DNA from: Patescibacteria group bacterium
GTDB taxonomy: Bacteria; Patescibacteriota; Microgenomatia; UBA12405
Direction: 5' to 3'
DNA length: 64,000 nucleotides
Assembly (NCBI GenBank): GCA_018902845.1
Contig: JAHIPV010000020.1
Span: 10,810-74,809 of the forward strand
The position numbers were made by a program, and so were the translations under genes. Below are positions 8,549 to 17,890 of the stretch, one piece after another. The notes beneath the pieces are model-generated. The model worked only from the letters and a program-made list of their open reading frames with translations, made no database searches and was not told the DNA's origin. The first letter of the stretch is position 1. The number at the start of each line of letters is the position of its first letter.

Positions 8549-9703
8549 CTAGACTTGTTTATATTTTAGTATATTTTTTCTTTTTTTAAGCATTTTGGGG
8601 AGATTTAGAATAATTTGTCCATAAGTAGTGATTAGGCTGGTTGGAAGAATATAAACAGATTTTAGCTTGTAAATTTTTATAGTTTGTTTTATTAAGCCAG
8701 AAAGATTGCGGAGGCGCTCTATAATAATTGGAAATAAATTATTTAGGATTTCTTTTTTGGAGTAATTTTTTATGATGATATAAAACCAGTTTTTGGCATC
8801 CATACGATTTCTAAAATTACCCATTTTAGAGCTGGTGGCGCCACCGATGTGGTAAGAAATTGCTTGGGGGATAAACAGAGTTTTATATTTTAAGTTATGC
8901 AAACGAAGAGCCAGGTCAACATCTTCTTCGTAAGCAAAAAAATCTGGATCAAACATGCCGATTTTTAAGAGTGTAGCTTTGTGATAGCAAACGATAGAAG
9001 CGGAGCTTCCCCAAACGAAATATGATGCGTCATTCTGAGACGAAGTCGAAGAATCTTTTTGTTGACTTTGATTCCGACGAGATTCTTCGTTGGCACTCAG
9101 AATGACGGGTTTTCCGTTGTCGATGTTGAGGGCTTTGCCTGAAATAAAAAATTTGAGTCCCCTGCTTTCTATCTTGGTACCGTTTTTATTTAGAACAGTG
9201 CCAAAAAAAGTAACAATTTTTGGATTTTTGTTGGTTCTTATAGCCAGAGAAATATGCTTGAACCAGTTTTTATCAATAGTCAAATCGTTATTGCAGATAA
9301 TTACATGATTGTATTTGGCTTTTAAAATTCCTTGGTTGACGGCTTTGGCAAAACCAAAGTTTGAAGAATTCTGGATGATTTGATAAGAAATGTCATTCCG
9401 AGTGGAACGAAGTGGAATCGAGGAATCTCTTGACTTGTTCAAGTTTCTCGCTTTGCGAGAATTCTGAGATAAACTCAGAGATCCCTCGACTTCGCTCGGG
9501 ATGACAGAGGGAGTATTTGTGATGATGGTTTCGAATGTTTGAATACTGTTATCAGTGGAGGCGTTGTCAACCAAAATAATTTCAAAATTTTTGATTTTGG
9601 CCAGTTTCAGAGATGACAAAAGAGAGTTAAGGCAATTAGGTAAAAATTTAGCGCCATTTAAGTTAGGAATGATGATGGAGACGGAAAAATCTTGATTTTT
9701 CAA
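8549..9703 (-). CDS. Glycosyltransferase family 2
   Basis: FSVSIIIPNLNGAKFLPNCLNSL ... IILVDNASTDNS. Two family-B repeats are inserted in frame. Confidence 0.8.
   Translation of the reverse strand: MKNQDFSVSIIIPNLNGAKFLPNCLNSLLSSLKLAKIKNFEIILVDNASTDNSIQTFETIITNTPSVIPSEVEGSLSLSQNSRKARNLNKSRDSSIPLRSTRNDISYQIIQNSSNFGFAKAVNQGILKAKYNHVIICNNDLTIDKNWFKHISLAIRTNKNPKIVTFFGTVLNKNGTKIESRGLKFFISGKALNIDNGKPVILSANEESRRNQSQQKDSSTSSQNDASYFVWGSSASIVCYHKATLLKIGMFDPDFFAYEEDVDLALRLHNLKYKTLFIPQAISYHIGGATSSKMGNFRNRMDAKNWFYIIIKNYSKKEILNNLFPIIIERLRNLSGLIKQTIKIYKLKSVYILPTSLITTYGQIILNLPKMLKKRKNILKYKQV
9037..9117. repeat. Family-B repeat inside the GT2 CDS, with inverted termini CGTCATTCTGAG / CTCAGAATGACG
   Basis: GCGTCATTCTGAGACGAAGTCGAAGAATC ... 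GAGATTCTTCGTTGGCACTCAGAATGACGG. Confidence 0.65.
9391..9507. repeat. Family-B repeat (~115 bp) inside the GT2 CDS
   Basis: TGTCATTCCGAGTGGAACGAAGTGGAATCGAGGAATCTC ... GATCCCTCGACTTCGCTCGGGATGACAG. The 5' module is nearly identical to 1071-1100. Confidence 0.65.
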
Positions 9704-9826
9704 ATTTCTAATTTCAAATTTCTAATTTTTAAACTAATTTTCTCCCTTTGGGTGACTTTGTTTACATGATTGCGCGCCCAAAAAAACATTACAGCGGTAA
9801 TTTGATAGTTCTGATTTTGGTAATTT

Positions 9827-10297
9827 TTAGATTTTATTTGGTAGATTAATTTTGTCTCCGACTTTTAGATTTAGTTTTTGGGCTTCACCGGCGTTTAATT
9901 CAATGACATAAAGGGAGAGAGTGGGGCAACTGTATCGTTTTAGTTGAAAAGCCGAAGTGTTTGGCTGGATTGGTGCTGTATGAATGGCAGTAATGTTTTT
10001 GTTTTCATCCAAAAAAATTATGTCAAGAGGAATTAGAGTGTTTTTCATCCAAAAAACATGATAATCAGGTTTTTTAAAAACAAAAAGCATGCCACAATTA
10101 GAACAAAGGCTTTTTCTGTCTGATAAGCCCTTGGCTCGCTGAGGAACGGTTTGAACAATTTCCAGTTTGTAGTTTTGATTTTTGATATTAACTTTTATTT
10201 TGTCGAGTTTTTGGGCTTTTAATATAGAAATGAGATAAAAAATAGAACACAGGATGGTGATTACTAAAGCTATTATTAAGAATTTTTTGATTGCCAT
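9827..10297 (-). CDS. DUF192-family protein (COG1430-like), secreted or membrane-anchored
   Basis: N-terminal hydrophobic segment and a conserved-looking core MLFVFKKPDYHVFWMKNTLIPLDIIFLD. Confidence 0.55.
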   Translation of the reverse strand: MAIKKFLIIALVITILCSIFYLISILKAQKLDKIKVNIKNQNYKLEIVQTVPQRAKGLSDRKSLCSNCGMLFVFKKPDYHVFWMKNTLIPLDIIFLDENKNITAIHTAPIQPNTSAFQLKRYSCPTLSLYVIELNAGEAQKLNLKVGDKINLPNKI

Positions 10298-10298
10298 T

Positions 10299-11690
10299 TT
10301 AGATGATTAGTTTATCTTGTTTAATTAAGAATATATTGTTTTTTTGTTTGGTTAAATCTAACAGTTTTTGGGTGAAACCGGATTTTGATAGTAATATGTA
10401 TTTTTCTTTTTTATAGTTTTTATTTAAATCAAGATTTTTGATTTTTTCTCTTAATTGCTTAAGTGTGTTGATGCCAACTTTTTTGTTTGACCATTTGGAT
10501 TCTATAAAAGCAATTTCGTTTTTAAGAGAGTTAGTGCCAATATTGTCAATCTCTGTTTCATTGTGCCAAAATCTACCAATTTTTTCAAAATTACCTATTT
10601 TTTTTGAGTATTGATTTATTATTTCCGGAGCGATTCTTTGGTAGTTCTCTTGGGTAATAGCCGGAAAATAGATTTTTAGTTTTGATTTAATTAAGTTGAT
10701 GTTTCCCAGTTCTATCTCTTGGCGATAAGGAAGAACAAAATTAAACCAAAAATTTACGAATTGATCTTTAATCCTATATATTCCCTTTCTTGGTTTTTGA
10801 GGTTGTTTTTCTGTAATTGGTATTTCTTTTTCTATAAGACCAAGATTTTCGAGTACAAAGAGATATTTATGTATAATTGTTTTTTTTAGGCCTGTTTGTT
10901 CGATAATATCGGAAATTTTATTTCTCTTAAAAGCAAGAGACTTTAGGATACTATAATAATTTTTTGGTTCTCTCAATTCTTCTTTTAGTAGAAAATCAAT
11001 TTCTTCATATAGAGGTGAGTTTTTGTTTAGTATTTCTTTTTCGATTGCTTTTTGTAGTTGAGTGTATTTTGAAAGTTTGTTTAGGTATTCAGGGTTCCCT
11101 CCTGTTATAGAAAAAAATGATAGAAAATTTGGGAATTTTAGTTTGGGGAAAAATTTTTTGGATTGGTAAAAATTTAATGGTTTGAGATGTATTTGGCCGG
11201 TTCTTCTTCCAAAAAGCGGGGCTTTTTCTGATAATGTTTCATTTATCATCATGCCGAAGCTGGAGCCGCAGAGTATTAGTTTGATATTTTTATTTCTTTT
11301 TAATTTTTCATCCCAGTATTGTTGAAAAATGGAACTTAATCCTGGTTGAGAGGAAACAAAATAAGGGTATTCATCGAAGGCTATGATGGTTTTTTTCTTT
11401 GTATTTCTGATAAGAAAATTAAAAAAATCATCCCAAGATTTAAATGGTTGATTTTCTAAAAGTGGTTGTTTGAATTTTGTAGCGCAGGTTTCTGATAATT
11501 GTTGTAGATTGTCTTTGTTGCCAACTTGACGGCCAAGAAAATAAATATAGTTTTTATTTTTGCAAAAATGTTTAATTAACTCTGTTTTTCCTACTCTTCG
11601 TTTTCCGTAAATTATAATCAATGAGGCGTTGTTGTTGGAGAATTCTGATTTTAGAAAAGATGTTTCTTGTGTTCTGTTTATAAATTTCAT
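10299..11690 (-). CDS. AAA+ ATPase (archaeal-type ATPase domain, DUF234-like C-terminus)
   Basis: Walker A LIIIYGKRRVGKTEL and Walker B IIAFDEYPY. Confidence 0.6.
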   Translation of the reverse strand: MKFINRTQETSFLKSEFSNNNASLIIIYGKRRVGKTELIKHFCKNKNYIYFLGRQVGNKDNLQQLSETCATKFKQPLLENQPFKSWDDFFNFLIRNTKKKTIIAFDEYPYFVSSQPGLSSIFQQYWDEKLKRNKNIKLILCGSSFGMMINETLSEKAPLFGRRTGQIHLKPLNFYQSKKFFPKLKFPNFLSFFSITGGNPEYLNKLSKYTQLQKAIEKEILNKNSPLYEEIDFLLKEELREPKNYYSILKSLAFKRNKISDIIEQTGLKKTIIHKYLFVLENLGLIEKEIPITEKQPQKPRKGIYRIKDQFVNFWFNFVLPYRQEIELGNINLIKSKLKIYFPAITQENYQRIAPEIINQYSKKIGNFEKIGRFWHNETEIDNIGTNSLKNEIAFIESKWSNKKVGINTLKQLREKIKNLDLNKNYKKEKYILLSKSGFTQKLLDLTKQKNNIFLIKQDKLII

Positions 11691-11723
11691 AGTCTACTTA
11701 TAAATAGTCTACTTACAAGTAGA

Positions 11724-13004
11724 CTATTTGTCAAGATGTTTTACCAGATTATTTATTATTTTATCCCATGTATGGTTTTGTTTTATATAGTTATAGCCGT
11801 TTTGGGAAAGTTTACGGTAGAGCTTGGGATTATTTAATAGTTTTTGGATTTGTTTGATCAAATCATTTAGTGAGTTTTTTTTGAATATCAGTCCCCCATT
11901 GGATTTATTTATTAATTCTTTGACCGGTGGAATATTAGCGCCGATTACCGGTTTTTGGCGGGCCATGGCTTCTATAAAAGTAAGGCCAAAACTTTCATGA
12001 ATGGAGGGATTGACCAAAATGGTGCAATTGTCTAAGTAGTACTTTAGGGTTTTGGGGTTATAGCGCTTGGGTGTAATAGTAATTTTTTGGCGGATATTTT
12101 TGGGGATATTGTTCAAAAGTTTTTGGATTTTGGGATAGTATAAAGTTTTTTGACCTGCTATTGTCAGGGTTAGACTTGGATATTTAATTGACAGTTTTTC
12201 AAAGGCTTGGATTAGTAGTTCAATGCGTTTGTGGGCGGAAAAATTACCAAGAAATAAAATAACTGGATTGTTCGGGCGACCGTAAAGGTCGCCCCTACAG
12301 TAGACTGGTTTTAAAAATGATTTGTCGATGCCGGCGCCGAGGGGTAAAAATTTTGATTTGAGGATATGATATTTTTTGGAAAGATAGTTGGCTTCGTGTT
12401 GGGTTAGGGTCCAGATTAAATTGGAATTTTGGAGGGTTTTTATAAGAGGTTTGCGAGAAAAGGCAAGGTCGAATTGATGAAAACAGGGAAGAGTCAACAG
12501 TTTAGATTTGGTGAGCTTCTGAACAAGTTTTGAATATAAAACTATGGTGGTTGGAAGAGGGCCGGCTATAACCCAGTCGGGTTTGAATTTATGAATTTTG
12601 ATTAGAGCTTTTATAAATGGAATGAATTTGAAAATAGGGCCGAGTTGAAGGATGCCAAGAAGATTTAAAAAAAAAGATCCTTCACTGTGTTCAGGATGAC
12701 GTGGAGACAGTTTTTGAGAAATTAATGAGAGTAGTTTGAGGGGGCGACGAAGGTGTTTGTAGACGGGAAGGCGGATTGTTGGACGACTGCTCCGATGCTC
12801 ACTGTGTTCGAGCGGAGTGCCTTTGGCAGATGATTGGATGACTGGTGATTTAGATGTGACAAAATCATCGGTTGAATAACAGTTGGTAGTCAGGACCATG
12901 ATTTGATGGCCTTTTTTGCCAAGGTACTCCCCTGTTTTGGCTATGATTTTTGATCCGCCGTCAACAGCGGGAGGGAAAATGTGGGTTAGGAGTAAGATTC
13001 GCAT
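11724..13004 (-). CDS. Glycosyltransferase family 4
   Basis: VNPSIHESFGLTFIEAMARQKPVIGAN. It carries a family-A copy (CRGDLYGRPNNP) and family-B-like inserts (PRHPEHSEGS). Confidence 0.8.
   Translation of the reverse strand: MRILLLTHIFPPAVDGGSKIIAKTGEYLGKKGHQIMVLTTNCYSTDDFVTSKSPVIQSSAKGTPLEHSEHRSSRPTIRLPVYKHLRRPLKLLSLISQKLSPRHPEHSEGSFFLNLLGILQLGPIFKFIPFIKALIKIHKFKPDWVIAGPLPTTIVLYSKLVQKLTKSKLLTLPCFHQFDLAFSRKPLIKTLQNSNLIWTLTQHEANYLSKKYHILKSKFLPLGAGIDKSFLKPVYCRGDLYGRPNNPVILFLGNFSAHKRIELLIQAFEKLSIKYPSLTLTIAGQKTLYYPKIQKLLNNIPKNIRQKITITPKRYNPKTLKYYLDNCTILVNPSIHESFGLTFIEAMARQKPVIGANIPPVKELINKSNGGLIFKKNSLNDLIKQIQKLLNNPKLYRKLSQNGYNYIKQNHTWDKIINNLVKHLDK
12273..12304. repeat. Family-A hairpin (degenerate: CGGGCGACCGTAAAGGTCGCCCCTACA) inside the GT4 CDS
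   Basis: Same stem as the other A copies, with a variant loop. Confidence 0.6.
12675..12702. repeat. Family-B fragment inside the GT4 CDS
   Basis: GATCCTTCACTGTGTTCAGGATGACG. A related degenerate copy lies at 12787-12826. Confidence 0.5.
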
Positions 13005-13070
13005 TAATCGATGCTATAAAGTATATATTTTATATTACTATGTGGAATCGATTGAAGTGAATTTCCTGTC

Positions 13071-13120
13071 TTGACACGTCTTCGTATACTTTAGATAATA
13101 TAAAGTATATGAAGACGTAT
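13071..13120 (+). promoter_or_regulatory. Putative abiEi promoter and operator: TTGACA-N17-GATAAT overlapping a 17-bp inverted repeat
   Basis: The arms CGTCTTCGTATACTTTA and TAAAGTATATGAAGACG differ by one mismatch and flank the -10 element and the ATG. An extra half-site ATAAAGTATAT lies at 13014-13030. Confidence 0.5.
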
Positions 13121-13702
13121 GATTTAGCATTATTAACTAAAGAGTTGGCAGAATCGGGAATATTGTTTTTTGATTTAAAAACTTTAAGAGATATTTTGAA
13201 TATTAAAAATGAAGATTCTTTTTTTGATGTAATAAAAAGATTGAGACGATCCGGAGTTATAAAAAAGATTGAACGAAACAAATATTTATTAAAAGGCAAG
13301 CTGGAGTTTAATGATTTTGCTTTGGCGAATTTTATTTATAGTCCTTCTTATGTTTCTTTTGAATCAGCTTTGAATTTTCATGGTATTTTGTCTCAATTCC
13401 CTTTGGAAATAAGTTCTGCTACCACTAAAAATACAAAGAAAAAATCAGTTGAAGGAAGGCACTTTTTTTATTGCCAGATTAAGAAGAGTTTGTTTTGGGG
13501 TTATGTTAAAAAAGATTCTTATTTGATGGCTGTGCCGGAAAAAGCATTGATAGATCAATTTTATTTATATACAAAAGGTTTGAAATCGTTTGGGGTTGAT
13601 GAATATGATTTATCTTTAATTAACAAGAGAGTTTTAAAGAAATATTTAATACGAATACCTGAAATTAAAAATAAATTGTTAAAAATTTGCGGGTTTTTAT
13701 GA
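13109..13702 (+). CDS. abiEi: AbiEi-like antitoxin / transcriptional regulator (type IV TA, abortive infection AbiE)
   Basis: It lies upstream of and overlaps a clear AbiEii-family gene, has the size expected for AbiEi, and has an inverted-repeat operator in its promoter. Confidence 0.55.
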   Translation: MKTYDLALLTKELAESGILFFDLKTLRDILNIKNEDSFFDVIKRLRRSGVIKKIERNKYLLKGKLEFNDFALANFIYSPSYVSFESALNFHGILSQFPLEISSATTKNTKKKSVEGRHFFYCQIKKSLFWGYVKKDSYLMAVPEKALIDQFYLYTKGLKSFGVDEYDLSLINKRVLKKYLIRIPEIKNKLLKICGFL

Positions 13703-14469
13703 TTGATAAAACTCAATTAAACAGTTTAGTAAAAAAATTTAAAATAAATGAAACTACTGTACTGAGGGAATATTTACAGGTTTGGTTTTTACAAAGATTA
13801 TATTCTGAATCAAAAAGTAAAAATATTTATTTTAAAGGAGGCACTGCCATTCATTTGATTTATAAGGCGCCTCGTTTTTCTGAAGATTTGGATTTTACGG
13901 TTAATATGGATGAAAAAGAGTTTTTGAAGTTTATTGAAAAGTTTTTTTCTGCTTTATCCGGGCTTGAACCTGTCAGTTTTAAACAAAGAAAAGTCTTGGC
14001 CGGTTTTAGATTTTTACTAACTTGCAAGTCAAGTGTGGTGAGTTATCCTGTTTTTATAAACCTTGATTTTTCTTTTAGGGAAATGGCATTGAAACCGGAA
14101 AAGTCGATTATAGAAACTGATTTTCCAATTATTTTTAATTCATATATTTATCATTTGTCTGCCGAGGAGATGTTGGCGGAAAAAGTAAGAGCTATTTTGA
14201 GCAGAAAGAAAGGAAGAGATATTTATGATTTGTGGTATTTATTGAATTTGGATACGAAATTTAACCGTGAATGGATTTTAAAGAAATTAGAATATTACAA
14301 AATGAAAAGTGTAGACATGGAAGAAATTGTGGGGCGAATAAATGGATTTGGGGCAAAACAATTTGTTTTGGATATGAGGCCTTTTGTTCCAATAAATGAA
14401 AAAGACAAGTTAGAATCTCTTTATGCTTATATTTGTGACTATATAAAGAGGAAACTAAAGGATAAGTAG
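13687..14469 (+). CDS. abiEii: AbiEii/AbiGii-family nucleotidyltransferase toxin (DUF1814)
   Basis: Motif YFKGGTAIHLIYKAPRFSEDLDF characteristic of the family; 16-bp overlap with the upstream gene. Confidence 0.75.
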   Translation: MRVFMIDKTQLNSLVKKFKINETTVLREYLQVWFLQRLYSESKSKNIYFKGGTAIHLIYKAPRFSEDLDFTVNMDEKEFLKFIEKFFSALSGLEPVSFKQRKVLAGFRFLLTCKSSVVSYPVFINLDFSFREMALKPEKSIIETDFPIIFNSYIYHLSAEEMLAEKVRAILSRKKGRDIYDLWYLLNLDTKFNREWILKKLEYYKMKSVDMEEIVGRINGFGAKQFVLDMRPFVPINEKDKLESLYAYICDYIKRKLKDK

Positions 14470-14471
14470 AT

Positions 14472-15389
14472 ATGTTGAAGAGGATTTTGAAATCAAGGTT
14501 AATTAAGATTTTGTTTTCGGGGGTATTGCTTTATTTGGTATTTAGAAAAATAGACCTGGGAAGTTTGTTAATGGAAATGAGAAGGGTACCGTGGTGGTTT
14601 TTATTGGCAATGGTTTTGTATGGTTTTTTGTGCGCTTTAATTGGGGCTTTAAGGTGGAGTTTGCTTTTATTAAAAAAGCCAAGATTTAAGGATATTTTAT
14701 TTTTTACCAAAATTATTTATATTGGGTCTTTTTATAGTTTGTTTTTGTCTTCCAGTGTAGGCGGCGACCTAGTTAAATGGTTGCCACTTTTAAAGAAGTA
14801 TCCAAAATTGTCAAAAGTCAAAATTGCCAGTTCGGTTTTGGTGGATAGGATTATTGGCATGTCTGCTTTGGTTTTTGGAGCATTTGGGGCGGTTTTGTTG
14901 GGGAAATTTTTGAAGTTTGATTTTCCGGATTATTTGTTTTGGCTGTTTTTGGTTTTGTTTGTTGGAGTGTTGGGTTTTTATGTTTTGATTTGGTTTTTTG
15001 ATCTTGATAATTTTTTTAGCAGATTTTCAGTTTTAAGAAAGTTGTCCGAGGTGGTTGATTTTTTGAAAAATGAGAATAAAAAAAGAATTATTTATGGTTT
15101 TTTGATTTCTTTGTTTGGGGTGATGATTTGGAATTTGCCAATGTGGTTTTATAGTTTGGTTTTTGATGCAGGGATTGGGTTGTTGCCGATTTATATATTT
15201 ATGCCAATTATCAGTTTGATTTTGATTTTACCGGTGTCAGTGGCCGGGTTTGGAGCCAGAGAAGCTTTGTTTTTGTATTTTTTTGGTAAGCTGGGAATTG
15301 AGAGTGAAAAGATTTTGTTGGTATCGACTTTTACGGGAGTGTTTGGTGTTTTGGTGGCATTGGTTGGCGGGGTTTGGGGGATGGTGTAG
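14472..15389 (+). CDS. Flippase-like polytopic membrane protein (UPF0104 / lysyl-phosphatidylglycerol-synthase TM-region family)
   Basis: 305 aa with about 8 TM helices. The N-terminus RLIKILFSGVLLYLVFRKIDL is typical of this family. Confidence 0.55.
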   Translation: MLKRILKSRLIKILFSGVLLYLVFRKIDLGSLLMEMRRVPWWFLLAMVLYGFLCALIGALRWSLLLLKKPRFKDILFFTKIIYIGSFYSLFLSSSVGGDLVKWLPLLKKYPKLSKVKIASSVLVDRIIGMSALVFGAFGAVLLGKFLKFDFPDYLFWLFLVLFVGVLGFYVLIWFFDLDNFFSRFSVLRKLSEVVDFLKNENKKRIIYGFLISLFGVMIWNLPMWFYSLVFDAGIGLLPIYIFMPIISLILILPVSVAGFGAREALFLYFFGKLGIESEKILLVSTFTGVFGVLVALVGGVWGMV

Positions 15390-15442
15390 GACAAATTTAA
15401 GGTTGTACTTGAAATTTGTCCAAAATTGTTTTAGAATAAATC

Positions 15443-16588
15443 ATGTTTAAAAGAACTTTGTCATCTTTGATAGTTAAAGCCAGTAAGCAGTATTCTGTAA
15501 TTTCTATTACCGGGCCCAGACAGTCGGGTAAAACTACTTTAAGTAAAGGTTTGTTTTCTGATTTCGCTTATTTTAATTTAGAAAATCCCTTAACAAGAGA
15601 GTTTGCGAAAAATGATCCGAAAGCTTTTTTGGCTCAAGACAAAAAAATGGTTATAGACGAGATTCAGCGTGTGCCAGAACTTTTTTCCTACCTTCAAGTG
15701 ATAGTTGATAATGAAAAAAAAAGAAAATTTGTTATTACCGGTTCGCAAAATTTTTTAATTTCAGAAAAAATTTCTCAAACCTTGGCTGGCAGAATAGCTA
15801 TTTTTAGACTTTTGCCTTTGTCTTTAAAAGAATTGCAAAATAACAAGATTGCTCCGGTTGATATTTATAAACTTTTGGTTAAGGGTGGTTATCCGAGATT
15901 ATATGATGAGAAATTGGATTTTTCGGAATGGTATGCAAATTACATTGAAACTTATCTTCAAAGAGATGTGAGAGAAATCAAAGAGATTAAGAATTTATCT
16001 GATTTTCAAACCTTTTTGGGTTTGTGCGCAGGTAGGACCGGACAAATATTAAATCTTTCTTCTTTGGCTAATGATGCAGGAGTTTCTGTGCCTACAATTA
16101 AAGAATGGTTATCGGTTTTAGAGGCTAGTTATGTAATTTATAGATTGCAACCTTTTTACGAAAATTTTAATAAAAGGCTTATCAAGTCTCCAAAAATTTA
16201 TTTTTACGATACGGGTTTGGCTTGTGCTTTGCTTGGTATTAAGACTGAAAAAGAATTGGCAAAACATCCATTAATGGGTAATATTTTTGAAACTTTTGTT
16301 GTTAGTGAATTGCAAAAACAAAATTTACACAGGCAGATGAGATTAAATTTTTATTATTTGAGAGATAAACAAGGAAATGAAGTAGATCTTTTATACAAAA
16401 CAGGGCAAAAACTGCATCTTTTGGAGATTAAGTCTGCCCAGAGTTTTAGGCTGGATTTTGTTAATGCCTTTGATTATTTTGCTAAAATTTCCGGTAAGGA
16501 AACAGAAAATCAAATAATTTATGGAGGGGATCTTAAGCAAAAAAGGAGTAATTTTGTCTTATTGCCATGGAGGGAGATGTGTTTGTAG
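15443..16588 (+). CDS. AAA+ ATPase with DUF4143 C-terminal domain
   Basis: Walker A ITGPRQSGKTTL and Walker B MVIDEIQ. It is a paralogue of 17891..19021. Confidence 0.75.
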   Translation: MFKRTLSSLIVKASKQYSVISITGPRQSGKTTLSKGLFSDFAYFNLENPLTREFAKNDPKAFLAQDKKMVIDEIQRVPELFSYLQVIVDNEKKRKFVITGSQNFLISEKISQTLAGRIAIFRLLPLSLKELQNNKIAPVDIYKLLVKGGYPRLYDEKLDFSEWYANYIETYLQRDVREIKEIKNLSDFQTFLGLCAGRTGQILNLSSLANDAGVSVPTIKEWLSVLEASYVIYRLQPFYENFNKRLIKSPKIYFYDTGLACALLGIKTEKELAKHPLMGNIFETFVVSELQKQNLHRQMRLNFYYLRDKQGNEVDLLYKTGQKLHLLEIKSAQSFRLDFVNAFDYFAKISGKETENQIIYGGDLKQKRSNFVLLPWREMCL

Positions 16589-16633
16589 GAGACGGATGGG
16601 GTTGGTTTTTAAAAACAGTTGCTATAATAAATT

Positions 16634-16825
16634 ATGGTTGATTTAAAAAGTGGGTTTTATAAAACTTTTGCCAATTTACCATTGGGAGTAAGAGATGGGA
16701 TAGTATTGGTAATAGACGGTCAGCCGACAACTTGGAATGTGATCAAATTGGAGGTTGATACAGACAGTAAAACATCAAAGAAGGCCTTAAAATTGTTAGA
16801 TGAGTTGAGATTAATTAAGAAATAG
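16634..16825 (+). CDS. Small hypothetical protein
   Basis: 63-aa ORF immediately upstream of the octamer array. Weak support. Confidence 0.3.
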   Translation: MVDLKSGFYKTFANLPLGVRDGIVLVIDGQPTTWNVIKLEVDTDSKTSKKALKLLDELRLIKK

Positions 16826-16940
16826 ATAATTAGACAACTAGACAACTAGATAACTAGATAACTAGATAACTAGATAACTAGATAACCGGATAACCGGATA
16901 ACCGGATAACCGGACAACTAGATAACCGGATAACCGGATA
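16823..16940. repeat. Periodic 8-bp tandem array, about 14 units (AACTAGAT / AACCGGAT / GACAACTA)
   Basis: Sequence reads AGATAATTAGACAACTAGACAACTAGATAACTAGATAACTAGATAACTAGATAACCGGATAACCGGATAACCGGATAACCGGACAACTAGATAACCGGATAACCGGATAA. The same octamer family occurs at 47113, 47763, 49489 and 58071. Confidence 0.8.
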
Positions 16941-16945
16941 AAAAC

Positions 16946-17182
16946 ATGATGAAAAAAGGTAAAAAAATAAATATAAACGAAAAAGAAATTGTAATGGCTC
17001 AAGTCAGAACTTATGATAGTGATTTTGAATTAAGTATTGGAAGTTTTGGAACTTTTTCAAAAAAAGAATTGCTGGAAAATATCGAAAAAGAAAGTGAAGT
17101 TGGCAAGCAAATTGTTGAAATTCAGATGAATTATTTGAGGGATTTGGTCAGTGGAGATATTTACAAAATTTTGGAAGATTAA
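16946..17182 (+). CDS. Small hypothetical protein, translationally coupled to the downstream caspase-like gene
   Basis: 78-aa ORF whose stop overlaps the next start in a TAATGG junction. Confidence 0.4.
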   Translation: MMKKGKKININEKEIVMAQVRTYDSDFELSIGSFGTFSKKELLENIEKESEVGKQIVEIQMNYLRDLVSGDIYKILED

Positions 17183-17811
17183 TGGTTTTGATAACCCGAC
17201 CCAATCATGATTTGGCTACAAGGTATCTTTATCATTTTAGTAAGAAAGTAGTTGATTACTGTCAAAAAAAATCTATTTCCTTGGTAGATTTAAAAGGCAA
17301 AAAGGCCAATAGGAAATTATTTTTGAGTTATGTCAAGAAAGGAAAATTAAAGTTTGTTTTTGTAAATGGACATGGAAATGATGATATTGTGTGTGGTTAC
17401 GATAATGAAGTAATAGTTGACAAATACGAAAAGGATTTTAAAAAAACTATTTTTTATTGCAGGAGTTGTCGATCGGCAAAGATATTGGGGAAGAAATTGG
17501 TCAAAGGTGGAATCAGCGCATTTGTCGGTTATACAAAAGATTATTATGTATTGATGTCCAGAAAGAAGAATACCAATCCCCTGTCTGATAAGACTGCCAG
17601 ATTATTTTTAGACCCTTCAAATTTGGTGGCCATGTCGATATTAAAAGGAGATAATGTTGGCGAAGCAGACAAAAAGTCAAAAAAATTATTGAAGAAAAAT
17701 ATTAAAGAAGTGATTGGTAGCAAGATGAGATTTAAAGATGATGTGGTGGCCTATTTGCTTCATGATTTAAAAGCCCAAGTAGTCATTGGTGACAAAAGCG
17801 CGAAGTTGTAG
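17182..17811 (+). CDS. Mini caspase-like cysteine peptidase (clan CD-like His-Cys dyad)
   Basis: KFVFVNGHGNDD matches the hydrophobic-strand-plus-(S/N)HG pattern, and KTIFYCRSCRS matches QACRG-like. The His and Cys are about 40 residues apart, as in caspases. Confidence 0.4.
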   Translation: MVLITRPNHDLATRYLYHFSKKVVDYCQKKSISLVDLKGKKANRKLFLSYVKKGKLKFVFVNGHGNDDIVCGYDNEVIVDKYEKDFKKTIFYCRSCRSAKILGKKLVKGGISAFVGYTKDYYVLMSRKKNTNPLSDKTARLFLDPSNLVAMSILKGDNVGEADKKSKKLLKKNIKEVIGSKMRFKDDVVAYLLHDLKAQVVIGDKSAKL

Positions 17812-17890
17812 GTGGGAGAGTAGTGTGAAATGGGATAAGAAATTGGTAGAATGGACTTGACAACTCCATTCTACATTGTAAAATGGAGTT

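Noticed and set aside
16823-16940. Possibility that the octamer arrays are a CRISPR array or oriC DnaA-box cluster
   Set aside because: The units are 8 bp with no spacers, so this is not CRISPR. Five similar arrays occur within 64 kb, each upstream of ordinary genes, which is inconsistent with a unique replication origin. No dnaA or dnaN is adjacent
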